This document shows positions 37,836 through 53,259 of a DNA stretch of 64,000 bases, piece by piece (positions within the stretch are counted from its first letter, which is position 1; every line of letters starts with the position of its first letter). The DNA lies in contig OX597814.1 in assembly GCA_951406725.2 (NCBI GenBank), forward strand, positions 192,076,001-192,140,000, written 5' to 3'. The translations under genes and the position numbers were made by a program. The stretch comes from Octopus vulgaris. Lineage: Eukaryota. The notes below the pieces were generated by a model. That model saw nothing but the letters and a program-made list of their open reading frames with translations. It did not search any database and had not been told where the DNA came from.

Positions 37836-39377
37836 ATAAAATACCACTAATTCTTTACTCATTGAAAATTTTCTTAGTCAAAGTCCAGTCCTGCAATGTT
37901 TCAGTTAAAGAACATAAACATATGATACAAAGGATTACAGTTTTTTTCCCCCCTTACATTAGTTTCTCATCTCCTTATAAGTGAACATAAAGAAGTTTGG
38001 TATGATTTTATGTGATATTGTGCATTTCTGGACAGGCTGGTTGATGCAGTCCATGCAATACAGTATTGTGCAGAGCTAAGAATTTATTATGACAGTTAAA
38101 AAATCACTACCAAAAGTACATTGAAAACTATTACATTCCTTGCAAACAGACTCTGCTCTGTATTACTAGATAAACTGGTGAATACTTCTGCATTATGCAA
38201 ATTTTCAGACTTTTGGCTATGTATTCCAGCATCATTTTGTATAAAAGATCTATTGGAATCATTATTTCGACTTCCGGCCCAGAAACATTATGGTGTACTT
38301 TAGTTGAAGGTTGGCAGCCTGCCATTTGCAATAAGAATGGACATTTTTACATTTGTTTTGGATGCTGAAGTAGAGGACTTTCGCTGAATAAAACAGTTTG
38401 ATTCCTGCGACTATTTCTCATCAGGAAAACAATAATTTATTCAGTCAAAACTTGGAAGCAATTATTTTCACAAGTTCTACAAGAAGTATTTTGGAACATG
38501 TTTTCTGCAGAGTAATTCAATAATAACAATGGAAAAATTTCTTTGTCCACATTATTTTGGTAGCATTCCTTCTGATATGAGCATAGTATACAAATGGCAC
38601 TCCTGATAAATATAGTGGACACATTGGAAAACAACATCATCATCATCATTGTTTAACATCTGCTTTCCATGCTAACATGAGTTGGACGATTTGACTGAGG
38701 ACTGGCGAACCAGATGGCTGCACCAGGCTCCAATCTGATCTGGCAGAGTTTCTACAGCTGGATGCTTCTACATGCCACCGGCACGAGGGCCAGTCAGGCG
38801 GTACTGGCAATGGCCATGCTCAAATGGTGTTTTTTACGTGTCACCTGCACAGGAGCCAGTCCAGCGGCACTGGCAACAACCTCACTTGAAAGTTTTTTCA
38901 CGTGCCACTAGCACAAGTGCCACTAGCACAAGTGCCAGTAAGGCAACGCTGGTAACGATCACGCTCTAATGGTGCTTTTTACATGCCACCGGCACGGAAG
39001 CCAGTTAGCTGCTCTGGCAACGATCACGTTCGGATGGTGCTCTTAGCGCTCCACTAGCATTCATCAATTTCATTGCTGAATTTCTCAGGTTCAACTAAAC
39101 AGCAAAGACACACTCATCTTACTAACTTCCTTACTGTCAATCTTCAGTTATATTGCCCTTTACATTCACTACAATCAATTGAACCAATTTTCATTAAACA
39201 GCAAAGAGGAGATTTTGTGCTGATTCTAGTCACTATCACAGCAATCACATGAAGACCTTGACTCTTTCTTGTGCCACAATTCTATGTAACCTTGCTAGAC
39301 ACTGTATATTTCCAGGTTGTAAACTGCTCGTGTCTGTTGAAAAAGAAGCATTAGTGATTCCTTTATTTCTGGTTTCT

Positions 39378-39597
39378 TCTCTTTTACTTGTTTCAGTCAT
39401 TTGACTGCGGCCATGCTGGAGCACCGCCTTTAGTGGAGCAAATCACCCCCAAGACTTATTCTTTGTAAGCCTAGTACTTATTCTATCAGTCTCTTTTGCC
39501 GAACTGCTAAGTTATGGGGACGTAAACACACCAGCATCGGTTGTCACACGATGTTGGGGGGACAAACACAGACACACAAACATATATACACACACAA

Positions 39598-39640
<43 letters not shown>

Positions 39641-39805
39641 TACGATGGGCTTCTTTCAGTTTCCGTTTACCAAATCCACTCACAAGGCTTTGGTCAGCCC
39701 GAGGCTATAGTAGAAGACACTTGCCCAAGGTGCCATGTAGTGGGACTGAACGCAGAATCATGTGGTTGGTAAGCAAGCTACATACCAAATAGCCACTCCT
39801 GCACC
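39378..39805 (-). mobile_element. SINE family A
   Basis: Full consensus match. Confidence 0.9.
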
Positions 39806-39975
39806 TATATTTGACGAAAACGTTTTGAGAACTTTTTATGGAATTTGGAACTGGCAATCACCCAAGCTTACTTCTTGGAAATCACTTTGAGAAATGCAGA
39901 GGTTTACCAGTGATCTTCCCTCTTCCTTATACTTCTGAAACTGCAGCAAAAATAAAGCCCAGTTCACTTAACAAT

Positions 39976-40112
39976 GAGTGGCTGTGTGGTAAGTAGCTTG
40001 CTTACGAACCACATGGTTCTGGGTTCAGTCAAGTGTCTTCTACTATAGCCTTGGGCCAACCAAAGCCTTGTGAGTGGATTTGGTAGACGGAAACTGAAAG
40101 AAGCCCGTCGTA

Positions 40113-40154
<42 letters not shown>

Positions 40155-40342
40155 TATGTGTGTGTATATGTTTGTGTGTCTGTGTTTGTCCCCCCAACAT
40201 CGCTTGACAACCAATGCTGGTGTGTTTACGTCCCTGTAACTTAGTGGTTCGGCAAGAGGAAGCGATAGAATAAGTGCTAGGCTTACAAAGAATAAGTCCT
40301 GGGGTCGATTTGCTCGACTAAAAAGTTGGTGCTCCAGCATGC
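39976..40342 (+). mobile_element. SINE family A (inverted partner of the previous copy)
   Basis: Consensus match. Confidence 0.9.
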
Positions 40343-40752
40343 TCAAGCACAGCATGTCTCCAAAGGTCTCAGTCACCTGTCATTGCCTCCATGAGGCCCA
40401 ATGTTCAATGGACGTGTGTCACCACCTCATCCCATGTCTTCCTGGGTCTACCTCTTCCACAGGTTTCCTCTACTGCTAGGGTATGACACTTTTTCACACA
40501 GCCGTCCTCATCCATATGCAACACATGATCATACCAGTGCAGTCATCTCTCTTGCACACCACATCTGATGCTTCTCATGTCCAACTTTTCTCTCAAGGCA
40601 CTGACACTCTGTCATATATGCACACTGACATCCAGTAGAACGTACTAGTTTCATTTCTTGCTAGCATATGCATGTTCTCAGCAGTCACAGCCCATGCTTC
40701 ACTGCCATGTAGCATGGTTGTTTGCACACATGCATTATACAGTCTACCTTTC
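40343..40752 (-). mobile_element. RTE-like LINE ORF2 C-terminal relic (family D)
   Basis: Homologous to 54200-54620. Confidence 0.75.
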
Positions 40753-41344
40753 ACTATATATGACAAGCTTCTTTCAGTTTCCGTCTACCAAATCCACTCA
40801 CAAGGCTTTGGTCGGCCTGAGGCTATAGTAGAAGACACTTACCCAAGGTTCCACGCAGTGGGACTGAACCTGGAACCATGTGGTTGGGAAGCAAGCTTCA
40901 TACCAGACAGCCATGCCTGTGCATATGTCTATAAGTCATATGTATTGATGCTTTACACAATCCACATAGCATCAACAGTTTGATTGATGAGACTGTTCTC
41001 TAGAATCTCTTGGCAATGTCTTGGAATTAGCGAGTCAATGGAAACACACTGCTTCTTCAATTTCTGTATTTCAAACATACATTTTTTCTTGTATGTGATG
41101 GTACATTTAAATGTTTTGACTAACTTGTGTTCCTCTATAATTCAAGGACACGATTTTCTTAAATAATGTGACTACTATACTTAAACTTGAAGGGCTATTA
41201 AAAAAGTCATGTTTTTTAACTCATTATGTTGATGGCTCTTCATCATAATTTTTCTGCTTTTGCCCCTTGATGAAATGTTCATGATGAAGATCAAATGTAT
41301 TTCTGATGACGATATTGTTCATCTTCATGATGAGGACAAGTGGC

Positions 41345-42260
41345 ACAAATTTTTTCTAGATGCATCTCCACTTCCTAATAGTGAAGATTTCATGCATTCT
41401 ATTTTTTGCAAACTGGATCTGAAAGCAACATAACATCCAATTCAATTCTGCAATGATGATAAGAGATAAACTACATTTTAAGCCAATTAACACTTATTCC
41501 TGTTTGCAAGATTACTCTCTGATGTAATCACTTTCCAAAGAGTCATGGATGGTATAATTACTGAAAACAATATCAAAGGAATCTACATCTATGTTGATAA
41601 TGTTTTTATTATTTGTAAAACTTGAGTAACATAATGGGAACTTGGCTCAGTTTATTTCAGTTATATTGAACAATAACAATTGTCTTCTCTGCCAAATATT
41701 CATTTGTTACCCAGGATGCAAACTAGAAAATAGTTCTCTGTAACTATATGACAACTAGATTTGTTTAGTTGTTATGGCACGTGTCAAAAGCACCATCCGA
41801 TTGTGGCCGTTGCCAGCCTCGTCTGGCCCCCGTGCTGGTGGCACGTAAAAAGCACCATCTGATCGTGACCATTTGCCAGCCTCGTCTGGCACGTAAAAAG
41901 CACCCACTACACTCACAGAGTGGTTGGCGTTAGGAAGGGCATCCAGCCGTAGAAACATTGCCAGATCAGACTGGGCCTGGTGCAGCCTTCTGGCTTCCCA
42001 GACCCCTGTTGAACCGTCCAACCCATGCTAACATGGAAAGCAGACGCTAAACGATGATGATGTCTCTCTTTCAACAGAAGTAATTCAACCTCAACTTAAT
42101 CCTCGTTTTTCAATGTGAAAAATGACATCTAGATGTTATCCACTTGCTTCAAACTTCAATATTTAATGTCTCTCCATCACCTGTTTTGCCTCAAGTTCCA
42201 CTACAAATTGAAACTGATACTTTTGGAACTACAATTTCAGGCATCCTTCACTGTGATAAA
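41345..42260 (+). pseudogene. Gypsy-type LTR retrotransposon pol relic (RT plus RNase H start)
   Basis: LDASPLPN, KLDLKA, FQRVMDGIITENNIKGIYIYVDNV and PLQIETDTFGTTISGIL. It is interrupted by a family D tail at 41778-42062. Confidence 0.65.
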
Positions 42261-43723
42261 TTTCTTCAGCACTTTTTCTTGCTCTAAACCAGGTTTTTCA
42301 TCATCACTATAATATAAAATATCATAATATAATATAAAATATTATAATATAATATAAAAAGGAAGGAAATGACAAACTCAACTTTGCTTTCTAGAGTGGG
42401 AAATCTCAGTCAAGGGCCTGTTCAGAATTTTCGTGTCTGCTTTTTCTCTGCTGTATAGGTCAGACAAGACTTCTTGAGGTAGTCTTTTATGGCTGGATGC
42501 CCTTCCTGATGCCAACCCTTATTTGTTTTTCAAGTAAGGTGTCTTATTCCATGTCTCTACATGTTGAATTGCCACTGGATATTATTTTTGTGGGAGACAT
42601 AAACATCATCATCATCATCGTCGTTTGATGTCCGTTTTCCATGGTAGCATGGGTTGGACAGTTCGACTGGGGTCTGGGAAGCCAGGAGGCTGCACCAGGC
42701 ACTAGTCTGATCTGGCAGTGTTTCTACAGCTGGATGCCCTTCCTAATGCCAACCATTCTGTGAGTGTAGTGGGTGCTTTTTACGTGCCACCAGCACAGGT
42801 ATCACAACTACAATTTCCATTTGATTTTTATTTTGATGTTGATGTACTTGACTCAATAGGTCACAGCAGGTCGCCCTACAATCCAAGGATCACTGAAATA
42901 TTATTAGTGGGTAAAGATACAAATATGCACAACACATGCACATTATATATATATGAAGAGCTTTCATACAGTTTCTGTCTATCAAATTTCACACATCATA
43001 TTGGTCAGCCTCAGGCTATAATAGAAGTGAAGATAGTATGCAACAAGATCAAAGTCAAAGCCACATAGTTGTGAAGCAAAACTCTCATCCATATAACCAT
43101 GTCTATGGTTGATTTAGTCAGGAATTCCTTCCCCAAAATGTGTGACCTTGAGCTTGTGTTAAAAATCAGTAGTATAATTTTAACCATGAGTATTAGTACT
43201 GTTGTATTAATGGAACCTGGGCCCTTGAATATGTGTGTGACACATTTCTAGCAATAAAGTCCCAATTCCTTAAAGTCATTCCTGTACATGTTTTCTATTA
43301 CAACTGTAAGTTATGAGTGAGAGAAATATAAAAACATTGTATGATGGCTCCACTAACTAAAACATCTAATTTATCTGAAGTTGATACATCACACATAATC
43401 ATCATTCCACACATACACACACACAAACACATGCTTTCGGTAAGGTCACCATCCTATTCATACAACACGTGACTGATGTTTACACTCAGATAACATAATA
43501 ACCGAATAAACAAAGACAACAACTTACAAATACTCACCATCAAAACAACATTATTTTGACCAAAATAACCACTGGAGTTAATCAGGGACCATGCCAATCC
43601 TTCATGGAGACCTCTACGTTTTCATCACTAACTGCAATACTAATTCTTTACAACAACATCTCCTGATGCACATTATATATATGAAGGGCATTCATTTAAA
43701 GTCATTTATATATATTATATATT

Positions 43724-43894
43724 AGGTGCAGGAGTGGCTGTGTGGTAAGTTGCTTGCTTACCAACCACATGATTCTGGGTTCACTCCTACTGCGTGGCAC
43801 CTTGGGCAAGTGTCTTCTACTAGAGCTTTGGGCCGACCAAAGCCTTGTGAGTGGATTTGGTAGATGGAAACTGAAAGAAGGCGGTCGTATATAT

Positions 43895-43940
<46 letters not shown>

Positions 43941-44135
43941 CTGTGTTTGTCCCCACAACATCACGGGACAACCAATGCTGGTGTGTTTACGTCCTCGTAA
44001 CTTAGCTGTTTGGCAAAAGAGACTGATAGAATAAGTACTAGGCTTCCAAAGAATAAGTCCTGGGGTTGATTTGCTCAACTAAAGGCGGTGCTCCAGCATG
44101 GCCGCAGTCAAATGACTGAAACAAGTAAAAGAGTA
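43724..44135 (+). mobile_element. SINE family A
   Basis: Full consensus match. Confidence 0.9.
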
Positions 44136-44532
44136 TACCTTTTGTTCCTAAATACAAATATACAACTTTCTTCAGTGGAGCCAAAGTTTGATTAAAACTG
44201 CCCAAATGAAAGTTCTCCAATTAAGAGCAAAATACTGAAATCCAGGGACCATCAAGATATTTGAATTCATAACCACCACCCTATCATCTCTGATTTTAGG
44301 CAGCTTACAATCCCATGATCAGAAATTTAAGATTAAATGTCACATGTTGATTTGTCATGGCAACTTAGAAGCATAGCTGAAATCAAGACCTGCCAGTAAA
44401 TATGATAGCGTTGACAAGTAGTTGACAGAGGATTCTCATAATTGTATCTGTTTCAGATTCTCTTTTAGTAATTATCTGAGGTTTTTAACTTCACCGTGCA
44501 GATGTAGCTGTATGGTAAGAAGTTTGTGTCCC

Positions 44533-44950
44533 AAGGCGAGAAGCTGGCAGAAATGTTAGCATGCCAGGCAAAATGCTTAGCAGTATTTCGTCTGCCGCTA
44601 TGTTCTGAGTTCAAATTCCGCCGAGGTCGACTTTGCCTTTCATCCTTTTGGGGTCAATTAAATAAGTACCAGTTATGCACTGGGGTCGATATAATCGACT
44701 TAATCCGTTTGTCTGTCCTTGTTTGTCCTCTCTGTGTTTAGCCCCTTGTGGGTAGTAAAGAAATAGGTATTTCGTCTGCCGCTATGTTCTGAGTTCAAAT
44801 TCCGCCGAGGTCGACTTTGCCTTTCTTCCTTTCTGGGTCGATTAAATAAGTACCAGTTACGCACTGGGGTCGATATAATCGACTTAATCCGTTTGTCTGT
44901 CCTTGTTTGTCCCCTCTGTGTGTAGTCCCTTGTGGGCAGTAGAGAAATAA
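44533..44950 (+). mobile_element. Tandem dimer of SINE family C inserted into a family A head
   Basis: The second unit starts at about 44767, and a TSD-like TAAGAAGTTTGTGTCCCAA flanks both sides. Confidence 0.85.
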
Positions 44951-45137
44951 GAAGTTTGTGTCCCAACTGTGTGGTGCCTTGGACAAGTGTCTTCAATAGC
45001 CCCAGGCTGATCAAAGCCTTGTAGGTTGATTTGGTAGACGGAAACTGAAAAGAAGCCTGTTGTGTGTGTGTATATATATATTTGGTTTATGTTTTTCACT
45101 GTTTGATTTGCCTAATAGTGGTTTTATCTCTAATTTA

Positions 45138-45180
<43 letters not shown>

Positions 45181-46770
45181 CATTCATAATCATCATCATA
45201 TGTCTGTTTTCCATGCTGGCATGGGTTAAATGGTTTGACAGGATCTAGCAAGGTCAGAAGCAGCATTACGTTTCATAGTTTGTTTTACATGGTTTCTACA
45301 GCTGGATGCTCTTCCTAACGCCAACCACTTTACAGAATGTACTGCATGCTTTCTATGTGGCACCATCACCAATGCTTTTTATGTGGCATCAGCACCAGTG
45401 TGTGTTACTGTCTCCTTGCCTTGACTTCACGTGACAGTTGTAAATGAGTGTCACCATCATGCAAGTGGTGTCCTTTGTTTTCAGTCTTCCATGAAAACAT
45501 GTCTGGCCTTGAGAAAATAGTACCTTACTTGGAAATAGGTGGGAATTAGTGGCAGGAAGCACGTCTGGCCATAGAAAATCTGCCTTGACTAATTTTGCCC
45601 AACTCATGTGAGTGTGGAGAAATAGGCATTAAATCAATGATCATGTTAATGATTTTAATTTGTGGTTATGTAGGTTTTGTCAGTGTTTGTAAATTAATAT
45701 GGGAAAATTTTAGAAATGTTTCTAATGATGTGCTTTAAATTTGGAGGGCTGTGCAGGAAAGTCATAAAATCACTTGTTTGCATTGAGAGAGAAAAATTCT
45801 GATGGTAATGAAAATGAAAGAGAATTGGATAAAGAGATTTATTTACTTTTCAGTAAAGTTTACTTAGATGAAGAGTGATGAAATGGGATTAAATCTAAGG
45901 ATTGTATGTTAATGATAAGCGGGTGTAAAGATTTAGCAAGAAAATGTTTTACCTGCTGACCTAACCCAATCCATGAGCCTTGAGGGCCACTATCAGATGC
46001 TCACATGCTAGAAATAGCTGCCAAAAAGGTTTCCCTTGAATCACATTTTGTCATCTTAAATAATGAAGTCCATGTTATATCAAAAAATTGGATGGCCATG
46101 ACTGAAATGCCTTTGGTCATTGGTTTGTTCAGTCAGACAAGGATCTAAACAATAACAATAACCTATGCATTCATTGTTTGATAAATATAAACTGTAGAAT
46201 TTTTTTTTGTCAATCATTATTCATCATCATCTTATCAACCCCTGACACTACTTTCTTGAGCCTAAGCACTTACACAACCAGTTACTCAGTTTCCGTGATG
46301 TATAAATGACTGAGATCACTACATTCTTATTTCTTTACTACCCACCAGGGGCTAAACACAGAGAGGGCAGACAAACAGATTAAGTCGATTATATCAACCC
46401 CAGTGCGTAACTGGTACTTATTTAATCGACCCCAAAAGGATGAAAGGTAAAGTCGACCTCGGCAGAATTTGAACTCAGAACGTAGCGGCTAAGCATTTCA
46501 CCTGATGTACTAATGTTTCTGCCAGCTCGCCGCCTTAAACTACATTCTCTCTGAAAGCAGTTCCAGTTCATTGCAGAATTACTCTTTTACAGCTGAGTAG
46601 ACCAGAGCAACATGAAATAAAGTGTTTTACTCAAGAATATAATGCACTACCCAGTCCAGGAATTGAAACCATGATCTCGCAATCTTGTGTGCAATACCCT
46701 TCACTTCAGTAAAATACCAGTAGTATATTGGAGAAAGGGTTAAAGTGGCCCTAGGTGGAATTGCATTTAA

Positions 46771-46980
46771 CCCTTTCGTTACCAACCCGGCTGAAACCAG
46801 CTCTGGTTCTGAGTATAAATGTCTTGTTTTCATAAGTTTGGAATTAAAATCTTCCACCAAACCTTAATCACAATTCATGTTCCTGAATGATAACTAAGTT
46901 ATTTTACTAAATTCTTTGTTAAATTTAAAGTATTTGAAAGAAACACAGGGCATCTCAAAATAATTACGGTAACGAAAGGG
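46771..46980. mobile_element. piggyBac-like MITE, same family as 25680-25891 (opposite orientation)
   Basis: TTAA|CCCTTTCGTTACC...GGTAACGAAAGGG|TTAA. Confidence 0.9.
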
Positions 46981-49900
46981 TTAAACCTAACACTGTATAT
47001 GAGGTTAGCAAGAGAAAAGCCTTCATGTGTAATCCATCTAACTGTCCAATTTATGTTCATGCTATCTATTTATTCCATAGTATTTACAACTCATCTGAAG
47101 AATACACAGATTCAGATATGTAAATGATAGTCTTTGAGTACCCTAATTTTGGATTTATTGAGAGCAGAAGACAGCTTTCAGGCTTAAAATGTAGAATCCA
47201 GACAATTGAGGAAAAATTTACAAATTCCTGGTTCAAGCCACAGTTTTTGGTATAGCATTTATGTTGTCTCAGCTGAGAATTGTGTTTACAGAATTTTGAC
47301 TGACTGCTGTGTAAATGGAGAGAAGAATCTGTCTATCAGCCTTTTAAAGCACATTAACACATTTTTAAACAAGGCACATTACTATATTTATCATTTTGCT
47401 ATCCTACTTATTCCCAGTTAAAAATAAATATTGCTCCTATTTTATGGTTCGGTGGATGGATGATGGTTGCAATGACATCTAACTTATAAAACACCTGACC
47501 TGACTACGCATGAAATGTCTAAATTTGGTGACTTCTCCAGCCTATACTAGCATGAGAAACAGGCGAACCTCAGCTTACATCAGTAATTAGTTCCGAGATA
47601 CACAACTGAAGCCATAAAATGACGTAACACGAAAAACATTTTAAAGAATTTATTAGTTTATATCTGTTTTACTAAATAGTTCATACATATTTTCACATGT
47701 AGTTTATTTGATTTTCCACTTCAGTATTGATTTTTAGATGTTTTTTTCAAATTTTTATGCTTTTAAATATATTCACAGAAACTAACACAAAGTCAGATAA
47801 CTCAACTGAAGTGGCGGTTCATTTTTTTTTTTTCCCCATTAGTTTCTCTAAAATATTATATAAAGTCGGAAAAGACATAACCCAAAACAACATATACCTA
47901 TACAGTGTTTAACCCTTTAATATTTAAACTAGTCATATCCAGTTTCAGATATTCTTCTTGTTTTATGTTCAAACTGATCATGTCCATTTTCTCACACCTA
48001 CCTCATTATGTCGTTGTGTGGTAAGTAGCGAGGTGTAGGAGTGGCTGTGTGGTAAGTAGCTTGCTTACGAACCACATGGTTCCGAGTTCAGTCCCACTGC
48101 ATGGCACCTTGGGCAAGTGTCTTCTATTCTAGCCTGAAGCTGACCAAAGCCTTGTGAGTGGTTTTGGTAGCATGGGTTGGATGATTTGATTGAGGTCTGG
48201 CGAACCAGATGGCTGCACTAGACTCCAATCTGATCTGGCAGAGTTTCTACAGCTGGATGCCCTTCCTAATGCCAACCACTCTGAGAGTGTAGTGGGTGCT
48301 TTTACGTGCCACCGGCACGAGGGCCAGTAGGTGGTACTGGCAACGGCCACACTCAAATGGTGCTGAATGCTAAAGGGTTAAGGTCATTTACATATATTTT
48401 CCTCACAGAAGGTGAATATTTCAGACATTTTTGTGCGTGCATATGTATTTTGTTGATATGGTTGGGTTCTTTTCTGTGCAGTGTGGAGTGGGGTTAAAAG
48501 TTGACTAAAGAAGCTGGTTAATAAGCTTGTCTTTCTGCAAGAACTTAGAAAAGAATCTTTTGAAGAGCTGATCAGCCTTATACAATCTTCTCTACTCTAG
48601 GCACAAGGCCCGAAATTATTGGGGAGGGGACCAGTCAATTAGATCAACCCAAGTACACAACTGGTACTTGATTTATCAACCCCGAAAGGATGAAAGGCAA
48701 AGTCGACCTCGGCAGAATTTGAACTCAGAATGTAGCAACAGACGAAATACTGCTAAGCATTTCGCCAGGTGTGCTAATGTTTTCGCCAGCTCGCGGCCTT
48801 AATAGCTTTGAACAATAAAAGAAATGAGAGAACTTCTGAGGTTTTACAACTTGTTAGAAATAGTTGTCAAATTTCAACTCCAGCTTTATAGTCCTAAATA
48901 AAAAGAAAAATAAACTGAAGGCCGTGTAGTTGTAGATATGCAAAATCACATGATAGTCATAATCTAATTTTTTCCCAGCCACTGAACGAAACTTTTGTAT
49001 TAAATTCAAAGCTTACTGCACAACAAATTCATATGCTGCTTATTTAGCACACATTTTTCAATATAAAGTGTTTTTGTGTTGAGCATTTTATTAAAATTCA
49101 TAACATACGACAAACATAAGTCTGCACTGTTCTGACACATTTTCCTGATAATTAAAGAAATTCTTTTAACCTGTAACACATCTTTTAAAACAAACACAAA
49201 TTGAATAATAAAAAGGCTTACTGTTCTGGACAGTGTAGATTAATAGGATTTAAACTTGTGTGAGTTTACTCTGTGTGTTTCTAACTGGTCAAAAGGATTA
49301 ATAGCTATATTTAAGACAGATACTCACTAAATATACAAAACTGTCCATAATGCCATTATTTTGAGAAAAGCTTATTTTTAGTTATAGGAAAATAAAGTCC
49401 TGCATGGGGGCCTAAGCACACAGGACCATGCAGTTTAGTGGGAATATTGTCTAGGAATCTTAGGTTATTGGATTGCTAATACATCATCACTATCATGATT
49501 GTTATTAACATGTTTCCATGGGTTAGGTGCGGTTTATTGAGGCAGATTTTCTACAGCAGGATACCTTTCCTGTGATCATGTCTCACCTGCTTCTAAGCAA
49601 GGTAATATTTCCCCAAGACCAGACATGTTCTTGCAGAATATTGGAAAGGAATGATACTGCTTGTATGACAGTGACAATCATTTGCAACTATTACACATTG
49701 TCGAGGCAAGGAAACAGACACATACACAATAGGCTTCTTTGAATTTCTGCCTACCAAACCCAGTTACAAAGCTTTGTTAAGTGGGTTTGGTATGTGAAGA
49801 TATCTGGCTTAGTGGTTAAGTTATTTAGCTCATGATCAGAAAGTTGTGAGTTCAATACCTGGCAATGTGTTGTATCTTTAAGCAAGACACTTTATTTCAT

Positions 49901-52900
49901 GTTGCTCCAGTCCACTTAGCTGATAAAAATGTGTAGTACCTGTAATTCAAAGGGTCAGTCTTGTCACATTCTGTATTGCACTGAACCTCCCTGAGAACTA
50001 CATCATCATCATCTTTTAACATCCGCCTTCCATGCTGGCATGGGTTGGACAGTTTGACTGAGGACTGGCAAGCCAGGAGGCTGCACCAGGCTCCAATCTG
50101 TTCTGGCAAGGATGCCCTTCCTAACACCAACCACTCCAAGAGTGTAGTGGGTACTTTTTACATGCCACCAACAAAGGGGCCAGTCAGGCGTGGCAACGAC
50201 CATTCTCAGTGAAGAGTTAAGTGTCTGTGGAGTGATTGGCCATTTATGTGTTAATTTCACAAGCAGGCTGTTCCGTTGATCAAACCATCTGGAATCATAA
50301 TGATTGTAACTGAAGGAGCTCCAGTTTTTTTTATTGTTTGCTTGTAGCAGGTTACATGCCATGCATCTCCCATCCACCTGATTTTCTACCATTGTTTATG
50401 CCCCTTCCAATGTTCTCCATAATTTTGTGAATGATATTCAAGTAATTTTTACGTCAGCAACATGTTAAGTTGCTGCAATCATTAAACATTAATGATACCC
50501 AAAATAGGTTTTAAGAGAAAAATTGAGTTCACCAGTTTGCAACTATGTGACTTTCAGGTTTGATCATACTGTATGGGGCCTAAATGTTTTCTACCATATC
50601 TTCATGTTAGCTAAAACATTGTGAAAGAAATTTTGTAGATGGAAACTGTGTGGAAGCCCATTGGAAAGACTGCCATTGTCCAACCTAATATCACCACCAC
50701 CACCACCAGAGCAACAACATTTGTTACTTTTAGTAGAGTCCACTTTATTGCAGGTATATGGGCCAGGTCTGAGACTAAATTCCTCATTCTCTTTCCCTTA
50801 TCAGTTTCAGAGGTGCTACTCTTCTCCTGACTAAGCCATTGCGAAAAGAAATTTGGTTAACTTGTGACTAAACAGTTACAAATCACAGGTCATAAATTTA
50901 ACTCAAAAATATTGTACGTAAAATAATTACATTAAGTTTAATTCTCCATTATGATGAAACAACTTGGTGGTCCAATCAATATTTATAGATTGTATTGTGA
51001 AACCTCCTGTCGGCATGTGTTCAATGGGATTATGTTCATATGGACCAAATTAGGAAGGGGTGGTTTTTATGGTTACACAGTTGGCATGGTTTGCAACACA
51101 TTTAATGATCTTCTGAGGCTTGAGTTTTAAAATATTCTTTTCAAAGCCTACATCCAGCTTGTACAATCATCTCACAATTTTCAGGTACCATATTTTGTTT
51201 GTTTCCAGAAATTTGTGGCTAGCCATGTTATTCTGCTACCCAGATTCAATGGTTGTGCTCCAGCATGGCTATTGCCCACTGGCTGAAGCTAGTAAAAATG
51301 TCAAAAAGGTCGTTAATCTAAGAATCTGTGGCAGTTTACTCAACTGCTTTATTGATGTCAATGTAATGGATCTGTTAAGAGCATGATCCAAGCGTGATTG
51401 TTACCAGAGCAACAAACTGGCTTCCATGCCGGTGCCACATAAAAAGCACCATTCGAGCATGATCGATACCTGCATCGCCTTACTGGCACTTGTGCTGGTG
51501 GCACGTGAAAAAACATTTGAGCGAGGTCATTGCCAGTGCCACTGGACTGGCTCCTGTGCAGGTGGCACATAAAAAGCACCATTTGAGCATGGCCATTGCC
51601 AGTACCACCTGACTGGCCCTCATGCCAGTAGCACATAAAAGCACCCACTATACTCTCGGAGTGGTTGGCATTAGGAATGGCATCCAGCTGTAGAAACTCT
51701 GCCAGATCAGATTGGAGCCTGGTGAAGCCATCTGGTTCGCCAGACCACAGCCAAATCATCCAACCAATGCTAGCATGGAAATCGGACGTTAAACGATGAT
51801 GATGATGATGAAACCTACTGTCAGGTTACATGAGGGCTATCTATGGTCTAGTTTTTGCTTGTTGAAGACTGTTTTATGGTTTGTGTGGTTGAACTCACTA
51901 TGCAACAATGTGGTTTGCAGTACAGTCCCACTGCTCGGCACTTTGGGCAAGCATTTTCTACTGTAGCCCCCGGTTGATCAATGCTTTCAGTAGATTTGGT
52001 AGATGGAAACTGTGTGGAAGCCTGTTATGTCTTTGTGTTTGACCCATCACCTCCACCACTTGACAACCAGTGTCTGTTTGTTTACATCCTCATAACTTAC
52101 TGGTTTGGCAAAAGAGACTGAAAGAATAAATACCAGTCTTTAACATAAGTTTTAGTGGAGGCACATGGCATAGTGGTTAAAGCAGCGGACTTGCAGTCAA
52201 GGGATCGCAGGTTCGAATCTCAGACCGGGCGATGTGTGTGTGTGTGTGTTTATGAGTGAAACACCTAAAGCTCCACGCCGTTCCAGCAGAAGGTAATGGC
52301 AAACATCTGCTGACTCTTTCGCCACAACTTTCTCTCACTCTTTCCTCATGCATCTAGCAACTCATCTGTGACGAACCGGCATCCTGTCCAGGTGGGGAAC
52401 CTATATGCCAATGAAACTGAGAAACTGGTCCTTATGAGCCAGGCATGGCTTAAGAAGGAACAAACAACTAACAACATAAAACAACTAAAACAAGAGAAAT
52501 GATTATAAATATAAGGTCCTTATATCAGGCCCCTCTGGATCAAAGTCCTGTTTGTTTTGTTCTATCCTTGTCTTGCTTGTTACTATATCAGTAAATATAC
52601 TACAAATTACTTCATTATTATTTTCTCTGTGATTTCAATGTATTTCAGTAGAGTCGGATAGAATTTTGGCTTGAATGGCTTTGAAAATTTCTTTCTGATA
52701 ATGGAGAAGTCATGGGCATTTTTCCATGCAGTAAGGAAGTCAATTGTGAAGAGATCAGACAGTCTAGTCAAATGATCAACGAAATTAATAGTTGGACAAT
52801 GTTGGATATATTTTTATTCAGTGTTTGCTTTGTTGATATTGACCGGTGCCAAGATAATTTCAGTTAATTTCATTTAACAGAGTTAAGGCATTTGTTTCAT

Positions 52901-52997
52901 AGTAATAAAAATTACTGATGAAAATAGGCCAGCATAGGACTTTTGCTGAACGTAGGCCACCACTAGTTTCCTTGGCCTTGTTTATTATTATCATTAT

Positions 52998-53206
52998 TAT
53001 TCTTTTACTTGTTTCAGTCATATGACTGTGGCCATGCTGGAGCACCGCCTTTAGTCGAGCAAATCAACCCCAGGACTTATTCTTTGTAAGCCTAGTAAAT
53101 ATTTTATCCGTCTCTTTTGCCAAACCGCTAAGTTATGGGGATGTAAACACACCAGCATCGGTTGTCAATTGATGTTAGGGGGACAAACACAGACACACAA
53201 ACTTAT

Positions 53207-53259
<53 letters not shown>

